Shown here one piece after another: positions 56,379-64,000 of a stretch of DNA of 64,000 nucleotides. The notes under the pieces were generated by a model, which saw only the letters and a list, made by a program, of their open reading frames with translations, made no database searches and was not told where the DNA came from. The stretch is from a virus. Each line of letters begins with the position of its first letter. The first letter of the stretch is position 1. The stretch spans positions 1 through 64,000 of IMG/VR virus record IMGVR_UViG_3300019487_000024, one strand, 5' to 3'. A program made the position numbers and the translations under genes.

Positions 56379-57730
56379 AACGTTTTGAAGAAGTTGTCAA
56401 CCTGTTCCTTTACATAGTCCAATTGAACGGGAGTTATCACTGGACTTGTGCCCAAGAAAAAGGTGTCTGTTGTGACCTTGGTCGCCGCACTAAACAATTG
56501 TTTGGCAACGTGTTGTGATTTATGGAATTCGCCATACATATCCATCCATTTGATGTCATTGTATGCTGGCTGCAATAAGAGATTGCCGCCGAAATAGTTT
56601 CGAGTCTGAATCTTACGATCCTCAAGATACGCAGTGAACTTGGAACGTTTGAAGACAGATGGATTCTTTACAGTAACGGGGAACGCAAACCACGAAGGGT
56701 CAGAGTTCTCGGTTGCTTTATGAACAATGAAAAACTCTTCATAGGGAGCGAAGATTTCTGTCAGTATCTTGTGATTTCTCCTTCTGAGAGAATGAATCTC
56801 GTCCAACTTATTCAGTTGAACAACTCCCATTGAGCATTGCAACTCGATTGGTTTCAAGTTGTAGCCCACATTGTCATAGACATACTTGTGATCGAAAATT
56901 TCATCGGGAATGGCGGGGAGCCAATTGCTGAAGCGGCATCCACAAGAACCCTTGATTGAAAGATTTGCCTTTCGTCCCACGCAGTAGCATCCACGACCCC
57001 ACTCACGGAAGCTTCGTGCTACTTTTTCTTGTTCGGCTGTTTTGCAAGCCACGAATCCGCCTTCACCCATTGTCATATGGTGGGCGGGATAGAAAGAGCA
57101 CGTTGCCATGTCACCATCGGTTCCGACAGGCTTTCCATCGTAGGTTGAACCAAGGGCGTCACAACAATCTTCCAAGAGAATGATGTCTGGGCGAAGCTCT
57201 TTGATTATCTCTTTGAGCTTCTTCATGTTCGGAGGGTTTCCGAGAACATGGGCAAAGGTAATGACACGGGCATCGGTGTTTCTGAGGGCTGTAGCAACTT
57301 GCTCCAGATTCAAATTGAGAGAATCCAGTTCAATGTCAACAAAGACAGGCGTAAGTCCACATTGAAGAACCGGATTGACTGTTGTTGGGAAGCCAGCAAC
57401 AGGAACGATGACTTTCTCTTCGTCTTTCAGACCATAGAGACGTTTGGCAGTCTCCATCATTAAAAGATTGGAGCTTGACCCGCTGTTGGTCACTATTCCA
57501 TATTGTTTTCCAAGAAGGGGTGGGAAGTTCTTTTCAAACTTCATGGCATCTTCCCCAAGGACAAGCCATTCGTTTAGCAAAGCATTTGTAGCTGCCACAA
57601 ACTCAGCCGAATCAAAGTATGGACCAGCATATTGAACCCAATCTTTTCCGGGGGTCCATGTCTTTGCTGCGTGCTTTTCCCCAATGTATTCGGAGACAAG
57701 CTTCAGGATGTCTTCTTTGCTGACTGGCAT
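56375..57730 (-). CDS. rfbH: CDP-4-keto-6-deoxyglucose 3-dehydratase (E1, DdhC/RfbH)
   Basis: NSGSSSNL, FPTT.NP, EDCCDALGS, SFYPAHHMTMGEGG (His for Lys), GRGCYC..CGCRF Fe-S motif, DHKYVY..GYNLK. Confidence 0.88.
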   Translation of the reverse strand: MPVSKEDILKLVSEYIGEKHAAKTWTPGKDWVQYAGPYFDSAEFVAATNALLNEWLVLGEDAMKFEKNFPPLLGKQYGIVTNSGSSSNLLMMETAKRLYGLKDEEKVIVPVAGFPTTVNPVLQCGLTPVFVDIELDSLNLNLEQVATALRNTDARVITFAHVLGNPPNMKKLKEIIKELRPDIILLEDCCDALGSTYDGKPVGTDGDMATCSFYPAHHMTMGEGGFVACKTAEQEKVARSFREWGRGCYCVGRKANLSIKGSCGCRFSNWLPAIPDEIFDHKYVYDNVGYNLKPIELQCSMGVVQLNKLDEIHSLRRRNHKILTEIFAPYEEFFIVHKATENSDPSWFAFPVTVKNPSVFKRSKFTAYLEDRKIQTRNYFGGNLLLQPAYNDIKWMDMYGEFHKSQHVAKQLFSAATKVTTDTFFLGTSPVITPVQLDYVKEQVDNFFKTL

Positions 57731-57731
57731 A

Positions 57732-58679
57732 TCAAATGTCGGAGAACGGGCAATTGGTGTTCTTAATGATTGGGCAAGCCGCAAGAACTTCACGAATAGA
57801 ATCATCCAATGAAAATTGGGGTCTCCACCCAAGCGATTCCAACTTGTCATTTGAGACAATGTAGTTTCTTTGGTCGGGGTCTTTGTTGATTTCCGATGTA
57901 GTGATGAAAAAGTCGGGTACTTGTTTCTTGATGGCGAGACAGAGTTCCATTTTGTTTACGTTGGCACTGGTATTGCCGACGTTATAGACTTGTCCTTGCA
58001 TTGAAGGAGTTTTGAGAGCCAATGACATAGCACTTACTACGTCTCGGATGTGTACGAAGTTTCTAGCGAAGTGGGATTCAAATAAGACAATGAACTTGTC
58101 GTTCCATGCTCTCCAAGTGAAATCATTGACGAGCAAATCCATACGCATTTTGCGGGAGACTCCCATTACTGTAGCCAAACGAAATGACGTTGCATTTCCA
58201 TTTTGCATGAGAGCCTTTTCAGCCGCACATTTGGTTTCACCATAAAGAGAAATTGGTCTTAATGGAGTCTCTTCCGTGCAGAAGATGGCTTTTCCATCCG
58301 AATGCTCTCCCAATCCATATCCAGAATTGGTTGTGGCATAAATGACGATTTGATCCTTGCTAACCTTGCTGGCTAGAAACTCCGAACTCTCTTGGTTTAC
58401 CTGTTTGGTTTCGATGGGGAATCGGTTGCAAAGGGGCATTCCAACGTAGGCGGCGAGATTGATGATTGCATCGTGTTGGGAAATTAAAAAGGAATAGCGG
58501 GCTGTATCACGAACATCGCCATAAACAAATCTGAAGTTAGGATTGGAACAGTTTTCCAAAATCCCATGTTGACGATGAATCAGATTGTCCAACACCGTGA
58601 CCGAATAACCTTGGTCAAGAAGATTGGGAGCCAATATGTTTCCAATGTAGCCAGCACCACCAGCGATCAGTATTCTCAT
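57732..58679 (-). CDS. NAD-dependent epimerase/dehydratase
   Basis: GGAGYIG, YGETK, RLATVMG.S..MR.DLLVN. Confidence 0.88.
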   Translation of the reverse strand: MRILIAGGAGYIGNILAPNLLDQGYSVTVLDNLIHRQHGILENCSNPNFRFVYGDVRDTARYSFLISQHDAIINLAAYVGMPLCNRFPIETKQVNQESSEFLASKVSKDQIVIYATTNSGYGLGEHSDGKAIFCTEETPLRPISLYGETKCAAEKALMQNGNATSFRLATVMGVSRKMRMDLLVNDFTWRAWNDKFIVLFESHFARNFVHIRDVVSAMSLALKTPSMQGQVYNVGNTSANVNKMELCLAIKKQVPDFFITTSEINKDPDQRNYIVSNDKLESLGWRPQFSLDDSIREVLAACPIIKNTNCPFSDI

Positions 58680-59098
58680 AGTTTCTCTAAAAGTTTGCTT
58701 GAAGCATACAACTTTGGAAGAGAAATTGCAACATATTTTATTCCCAATTCTTTACACAATATGACTTCAGCAGACTCGGCGTTGATTCCTACACGGTCTC
58801 CGCTGTTAAAAAAATACATCTCGTCATCAGGAAACTCTTTCCTGACCTTTTTTATACTCTCACAGACCGTTTTGTCCTTGTCCACAGAAATCCACGCCTC
58901 GCTAATCGGTTTGAGGGTCGCAACGATGTTTCGGCGGTGATCTTGGTCCATGAACACTCTGGAACCCTTGACCGTTACTTGATGGTCATTATTTATGATA
59001 GCAATTAAGTAATTGCATTGATCCTTGGCGGCTAGGAAGTACTGAATGTGCCCGTAGTGCAAGGGATTGAAATAACCCGATACGATTCCAATTTTCAT
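58676..59098 (-). CDS. HIGH-family cytidylyl/adenylyltransferase
   Basis: SGYFNPLHYGH, N.GDR, SSKL. Confidence 0.85.
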   Translation of the reverse strand: MKIGIVSGYFNPLHYGHIQYFLAAKDQCNYLIAIINNDHQVTVKGSRVFMDQDHRRNIVATLKPISEAWISVDKDKTVCESIKKVRKEFPDDEMYFFNSGDRVGINAESAEVILCKELGIKYVAISLPKLYASSKLLEKL

Positions 59099-60048
59099 GA
59101 GTGGATTCTGGATACTCCGGTGGATTCAAACTTGAACGGAAGAACATCGTCTCCAAACACTTCAAGTAGTTTGGCTTTGGTGTGTGGGGTGCAGATAGCC
59201 AAAACAAATCCACATCCTCCGCTGCCAAGTAACTTAGCACCATACGCACCGTTATCCATTACAGTCTTGACAGTATGGTCAACTTTTGGGGTAGAAATCA
59301 ATGGTGACAAGTCTTTCTTCTGTCTCCACGTTTCATATAGAAGGTTCCCAATACCCTCAATGTCTTCTTCGACGAAGCGGTCATATGCTTCACGAGCAAG
59401 CGACAAGATTTGCATCTTATCTTTGTGGTTATGAGATTTGGCAATCTCTTCTTGGCTTCTTTGCTCGTTGGTGTAAATTAGAACCATTGAGTCTTCAAGC
59501 TCTTGCTTGAAATCCTCGGTGATGGGGAGCGGCTTGACCGAAAAGTCGCCCGTGGAGTGAATCTCAATTGAGTTGAGTCCACCGTAAGCTGGCCAAATTG
59601 AGTCTTGAATACCTCCCGCCTCTTTCAAGATTTCTCTTTCTACCTTGATGGCATCATATACCAACTTCTTTTTGTCTATGGGGCGTCCATAGAGTTGATT
59701 GATTAGATAGAGAAGTCCAACACAGTAGGAAGAAGACCCACCAAGACCCGTCCTTGATGGAATGTCGGCAAAGGAGAAGAGTTCCACGAAATCTTTGACA
59801 TCACCATACTTCAAAGTTTCACGAATGAGTGGGTTTTGGATAGAATCAAATTCCTTGACATAATCCATCTTGGAATAAACGACCAATGTCTCTTTGGATA
59901 GAATCTTGGGACGAAACCGCATTGACAAGTAGGAATACTTGTCGATTGTGGTGCCAATCAAAAACGAACCGTGTTCTTTGTAAAACGATTCATAATCAGT
60001 TGACCCACCAAACAGGGAAATGCGTAATGGCGTCTTGGCGATTATCAT
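59095..60048 (-). CDS. GHMP sugar kinase (HddA-like heptose-7-phosphate kinase)
   Basis: PLRISLFGG.TD, P.RTGLGGSS, G.QD..YGG, GAKLLGSGGCGF. Confidence 0.85.
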   Translation of the reverse strand: MIIAKTPLRISLFGGSTDYESFYKEHGSFLIGTTIDKYSYLSMRFRPKILSKETLVVYSKMDYVKEFDSIQNPLIRETLKYGDVKDFVELFSFADIPSRTGLGGSSSYCVGLLYLINQLYGRPIDKKKLVYDAIKVEREILKEAGGIQDSIWPAYGGLNSIEIHSTGDFSVKPLPITEDFKQELEDSMVLIYTNEQRSQEEIAKSHNHKDKMQILSLAREAYDRFVEEDIEGIGNLLYETWRQKKDLSPLISTPKVDHTVKTVMDNGAYGAKLLGSGGCGFVLAICTPHTKAKLLEVFGDDVLPFKFESTGVSRIHS

Positions 60049-60560
60049 TGGTCACGTTTGGAAAGAATTGGAGTTTGAGTTGGCCAGATTAGATTGAACA
60101 ATGGGTCGTTCCACTTAACCGACAACTGGTCCGATTGGGGAGTGAATCCATGACTCAGGCGATAGTGAAACAAAGCATCGTCGCTCATTACGCAATGACC
60201 ATTGACACAGCCGGGAGGAAGAAAGGCTTGAAATCGGTTTCCGGCAGTCAGCACGACTTCTTCTTTCCCCTTATATGTTGAAGACTTGGGGTTCATGTCT
60301 ATCACCACAAAGTAAACTTCTCCATGTAACACTTCGATGAGTTTCCAATTGGTGAAGTCACCATGTAATCCCCGCAAAACGTTCTTAGTAGAATGAGCAT
60401 ACGAATCCACTAGGAAATCAATTTCTCGCCCAAACAGTTGGTTGTAAACCTCTTTGTTGTAGGCTTCGTAGTTGTAGCCCCGATGATCGGAGAATGCTTC
60501 GGTACGAATGAGAAGAAAGTCATGTATCTTCTCGCTTTTATACTCTACTTTCGGATTCAT
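60045..60560 (-). CDS. rmlC: RmlC-like NDP-4-keto-sugar 3,5-epimerase
   Basis: DHRG, NVLRGLH, PPGCVNGH, WNDP...W...ILSKRD. Confidence 0.82.
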   Translation of the reverse strand: MNPKVEYKSEKIHDFLLIRTEAFSDHRGYNYEAYNKEVYNQLFGREIDFLVDSYAHSTKNVLRGLHGDFTNWKLIEVLHGEVYFVVIDMNPKSSTYKGKEEVVLTAGNRFQAFLPPGCVNGHCVMSDDALFHYRLSHGFTPQSDQLSVKWNDPLFNLIWPTQTPILSKRDQ

Positions 60561-61723
60561 ATGCTGTTCAAGATTTGACAGAGTTCCAAGATTTTACTGT
60601 GTTCCAGTTCTGGATAGTTTCCAATATACCATCCGAAATGATGGACGAAATTGCAGACTGGATAACTCAGATATTCATTTCCATAAAGCTTTCGCAAATA
60701 GGGTTGGGCAAGTTGATTGCCTCCACCAGACATACCACGGCGGAATTCAATTACGTTTTGTGAAAGAACTTCTTCAACGTAGTTTCTCTTTGCAACGTCG
60801 GGAGAAGCCAACAAAAGGGTGAACGCATAGTTGCTATTTCCTTCACGATCAAAGTCGGTGTAATACTTGGTCTTATCAAGGTTGTCCAAGAATACATCCA
60901 AGTTTTCCTTACGCTTCACGTTATTTTCGTCCAAGCGTTTCAATTGATTCAGTGCCATGACTGCATTGATTTCTGTAGAACGCATGTTATAGGAAGCAGC
61001 AAGGAAGATGAAATCCTTATTCAATTCGGGATTGGCAGCAACGATGTTGTTTTTCATCACTACATCGTCCATTTCCCGTGCCATAGAATGAGAGCGAAGC
61101 GAACGACAAAAGTCGTAGAACAATGGGTCGTTGGTGCAAATCATTCCTCCTTCAATCGAAGTCATATGATGTGCGTAATAGAACGAGAAATTGGATGCAT
61201 ATCCAAAGGAACCTAGTTTCCGACCATTGAAAGTGGCTCCATGAGATTCACACACGTCTTCAATGATTTTGATGCCTTGATTTTCGCATACATCCAACAA
61301 CTTTTGTGACAAGCCATTGTATCCGAGGATATGAGTCAACAAAATCGCCTTTGTTCTTGGGGTGATCTTCTTGATAATCTCGTCCACATCCGCCGCCAAG
61401 TTCTTTTGGTTAATGTCCACAAACACCGGCGTAAATCGGGCATGAAGAATTGCCGCTACGTCGGAAACCCATCCCAAAGGAGAGGTAATAATTTCTCCAT
61501 CACCATAAAGTTCCTTCAAGGCAAGGAGAGTCAATATGTTTGCAGAACTTCCAGAGTTAACGAACACCGAATACTTGACGCCCAACCATTTACTCCATTC
61601 TTCCTCAAATTCCCGAACCTTCTTACCATTGGTAAGAATGGGGATGGGGCGTTGAGATAGGAACTGTACAAGGACATCCATATCCGACTCTACAATGTTG
61701 TTATGCATCAGTGGCCAATTCAT
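60557..61723 (-). CDS. ColD-like PLP-dependent sugar 3-dehydratase (DegT family)
   Basis: FVNSGSSAN, EDVCESHGA, FSFYYAHHMTSIEGG (His for Lys); lacks the Fe-S Cys cluster. Confidence 0.8.
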   Translation of the reverse strand: MNWPLMHNNIVESDMDVLVQFLSQRPIPILTNGKKVREFEEEWSKWLGVKYSVFVNSGSSANILTLLALKELYGDGEIITSPLGWVSDVAAILHARFTPVFVDINQKNLAADVDEIIKKITPRTKAILLTHILGYNGLSQKLLDVCENQGIKIIEDVCESHGATFNGRKLGSFGYASNFSFYYAHHMTSIEGGMICTNDPLFYDFCRSLRSHSMAREMDDVVMKNNIVAANPELNKDFIFLAASYNMRSTEINAVMALNQLKRLDENNVKRKENLDVFLDNLDKTKYYTDFDREGNSNYAFTLLLASPDVAKRNYVEEVLSQNVIEFRRGMSGGGNQLAQPYLRKLYGNEYLSYPVCNFVHHFGWYIGNYPELEHSKILELCQILNSI

Positions 61724-61724
61724 A

Positions 61725-63257
61725 TCAATCTCCAAGAATCTTTCTCTTTAGTTTGATTTTGGTCATTTCCAAAATGTTCTTTGCTTCCTCGGCACCAAAG
61801 ATTCTTTCAATCCTCGCCAAGAATGCCGGATCAGTGTGATACTTCACAAATGCTTCATCACGGAACTTTAGAACCTCGGCAGCAGTCAAGTGCTTGGTTG
61901 GCATCGGAACCGTTGTATAGGAGTGGAATGAGTATCCTGAATACTCCTTCGGCAATTCATATCCATTCTCCAAGGCATCCTTGTAGAGCTTACTACCGGG
62001 GAATGGCATAACTGCATAGGCATTCCACCCCGACGTACAAAGCTCAAGGCTAAGATCAAGTGTTTTCTGCATTGATGCCATATCGTCTTCAGGAAGCCCG
62101 AAGAGATAGTTGGCAAGGACTTCAATACCCGCCTCTTGAACGGATTCAATTACTCGGCGAATGTCGGTGTCTTCAAACTTTCCTTTGGAGACTTCCAAAC
62201 GGACATTACGGTCTCCGCTTTCAATTCCGAGGCAGAGCCAACGGAAGCCTGCTCTACGCAAGAGCTTCAAAAGTTCTGGATTTTTACCAACCGTGTCAAC
62301 ACGAGAATAAGCCCAAATGAGAACCTTGTCGGCATATGGTTTTGCTGCCAATGCTTCACAGATTGGGACGTAGTTCGCAGGACTGAGCAAAAACATTTCG
62401 TCGGTGATACGAATGGTGTAAACACCCGCAGCGACTAGCTTGTCAATCTGATTGACAACAAATTCGGTGGACCAGTGACGCATCACACGATAATTGCTTG
62501 CGACACCGATTGGATCGTTGTCTGTACGGTTTAGGATGTTAATCATACAGAAGTCACATCCGAACTTACATCCAAGCGATGTATAGAGCGTAGCATACGG
62601 ACTGCGTTTAGCAGGGTCGTAATTAGCGTGCCACATTGGAGAGCGGTACAAATCAAATGGACGTTCCTTCTGAGGAAGCAAGTCCCACGCATATCCCGGC
62701 AAATCCTTATCCAAAAGAATCTGAGGAACCAAACGCTCGGCGGGAGTCAGCGTAGGAACACCGTTTTTGCGAAAGCCGATCCCCTTGATGTTATCCATAT
62801 TGGTTACATCAATGGATGGCTCCTTGAGCAAGTTATGAAGAGCATAGACACCTTCATTGGTAAATACAAAGTCCACGTTCTTTTCATCTTCCAATGTTTG
62901 AAGTGGGAGAGCTTGCATGTAAGACCCCAAGAACCCAAGAGGGATGGTTACGCCTGCACCCTTGATGTCATTGGCAAGCTTTACGGCACCGCTCATACTG
63001 ACAGAGCCAGCGTTGACGTTCTGCCCATAAACAACAAAGCACAAAAGGCGTGGGTTGAGTTGGTTGATCCGCTCAATGATTTTGGAATTTGGAAGCTTTT
63101 CAGCATTCACGTCAATCAATCCAACTTTGAATCCTTTACTGCGGCAAGATTCGGCTAGTAAGAGTGCCCAAGTTGGTGGTTCGATGGATGAATAGCTGGT
63201 TGCCAAATCTTGATAGATTTCGGAGGCATTGCCGGGAGCGATGAATAAAACGTCCAT
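61725..63257 (-). CDS. B12-binding radical SAM enzyme (class B methyltransferase-like)
   Basis: N-terminal cobalamin-binding-like domain, TSLGCKFGCDFC, DEMF, GIESG, FGLP.D, PFPGS.LY. Confidence 0.88.
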   Translation of the reverse strand: MDVLFIAPGNASEIYQDLATSYSSIEPPTWALLLAESCRSKGFKVGLIDVNAEKLPNSKIIERINQLNPRLLCFVVYGQNVNAGSVSMSGAVKLANDIKGAGVTIPLGFLGSYMQALPLQTLEDEKNVDFVFTNEGVYALHNLLKEPSIDVTNMDNIKGIGFRKNGVPTLTPAERLVPQILLDKDLPGYAWDLLPQKERPFDLYRSPMWHANYDPAKRSPYATLYTSLGCKFGCDFCMINILNRTDNDPIGVASNYRVMRHWSTEFVVNQIDKLVAAGVYTIRITDEMFLLSPANYVPICEALAAKPYADKVLIWAYSRVDTVGKNPELLKLLRRAGFRWLCLGIESGDRNVRLEVSKGKFEDTDIRRVIESVQEAGIEVLANYLFGLPEDDMASMQKTLDLSLELCTSGWNAYAVMPFPGSKLYKDALENGYELPKEYSGYSFHSYTTVPMPTKHLTAAEVLKFRDEAFVKYHTDPAFLARIERIFGAEEAKNILEMTKIKLKRKILGD

Positions 63258-63260
63258 AAC

Positions 63261-64000
63261 TTATTGGTTGAGGAACGAAACGATTCGTTCGTGTAACTGA
63301 GGCACCGAAAGACCGTTCATATCAAGAACTTCCTCTCGTGTGCCGTTATCAAATATGTATCGTTCAGGAAGCCCCAAACGCAAAATTTTGTGGTTCAGTC
63401 CAAGGTCACATACAACCTCACAAACCGAAGAACCAAATCCACCGGAAAGTGTTTGTTCTTCGAGGGTTATGACGTGTGAGTACGGATTAAAAGTATTCAC
63501 AAAGACCTGAAGATCGATGGGTTTAATCTTCCAAAGGTCAACTACACCCACGTCTAAATTGTGACTTTCCTTCAAACTGTCACGGAGCTTTAAGGCTCGT
63601 GGCAATAGGTGTCCACTGGTCGTAATACATACTTTGTGACCTTGATGTAAGGTACACATGCCACGTTCCACCGTGTCTGTCGTGGCATCCTTGTAGAAAT
63701 CCACACAGGATTTGTCGGTGCCACGCTCCAAACGAACATAGCGGAACTTTGGCTTGTCCAAGGTCAACTTGACCAACGGACGAATGAGATTGTTGTTGGC
63801 GGGAGAGTGAATCTCCAAACCAAGTAGCGAACGCATGTAAGCAATGTCTTCGTTTGGCTCATGGGCAGGACCGGACGGAACATATCCGAGACCGACACCA
63901 CATGCCAAGAAGGTGATTGGATTGTTTGCCATTGCACAGGAGTAACGCATCTGCTCAAAGCATCGTGCCGCCCACGAACCCATCGTATAAACATAGACTT
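63261..64000 (-). CDS. Second transketolase-like C-terminal subunit (5' end outside the window)
   Basis: RCFEQ.R, GPAH..EDIA.MR, YVRL, DLWKIKPID, TLEEQ...GGFGS; frame is open to the window edge. Confidence 0.85.
   Translation of the reverse strand, partial: VYVYTMGSWAARCFEQMRYSCAMANNPITFLACGVGLGYVPSGPAHEPNEDIAYMRSLLGLEIHSPANNNLIRPLVKLTLDKPKFRYVRLERGTDKSCVDFYKDATTDTVERGMCTLHQGHKVCITTSGHLLPRALKLRDSLKESHNLDVGVVDLWKIKPIDLQVFVNTFNPYSHVITLEEQTLSGGFGSSVCEVVCDLGLNHKILRLGLPERYIFDNGTREEVLDMNGLSVPQLHERIVSFLNQ

Noticed and set aside
1-64000. Genome-wide stop-codon reassignment (TGA or TAG)
   Set aside because: Core genes are intact in the standard code and many end in TGA with ATGA overlaps; only one in-frame TGA was seen.
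1-64000. tRNA/rRNA genes
   Set aside because: Intergenic gaps are short and I saw no cloverleaf or T-loop signatures; a tRNA scan would be needed to be sure.
1-64000. Host assignment
   Set aside because: Weak Shine-Dalgarno use could suggest Bacteroidota, but canonical TTGACA/TATAAT promoters argue against it; the sequence alone does not fix the host.

Overview
This window is a 64-kb segment of a large lytic myovirus (T4-like/jumbo phage) with no host genes. Left to right: four tandem paralogous tail-appendage genes; tail sheath and tail tube, separated by a block of probable head-internal proteins (including a HAD nucleotidase and a nucleotidyltransferase); a gp26-like tail/baseplate chaperone with a probable frameshifted extension; tape measure and baseplate genes; a replication block (short PolA-like protein, gp32-like SSB, RecA/UvsX, 5'-3' exonuclease, DnaB-like helicase, class II RNR, clamp-loader-like subunit, dNMP kinase); a MoxR AAA+/VWA-peptidase pair; and, on the minus strand from about 50.7 kb to the window edge, a >13-kb nucleotide-sugar/glycosylation operon. 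At least seven free-standing homing endonuclease genes (HEGs) are present. Two promoter classes are visible: sigma70-type TTGACA-N17-TATAAT variants, and a recurrent TATTTATA motif close to start codons. The most notable observations are: (i) a HEG cassette that split the exonuclease gene and supplies a recoded replacement N-terminus, leaving the old 39-codon stub upstream; (ii) an HNH gene exactly bracketed by an 18-bp direct repeat; (iii) a set of putative capsid-packaged, protease-processed effector proteins, one carrying a RuvA C-terminal-like domain; (iv) a branched/dideoxy/heptose sugar pathway. All functional calls come from motif recognition by eye; no database searches were run.
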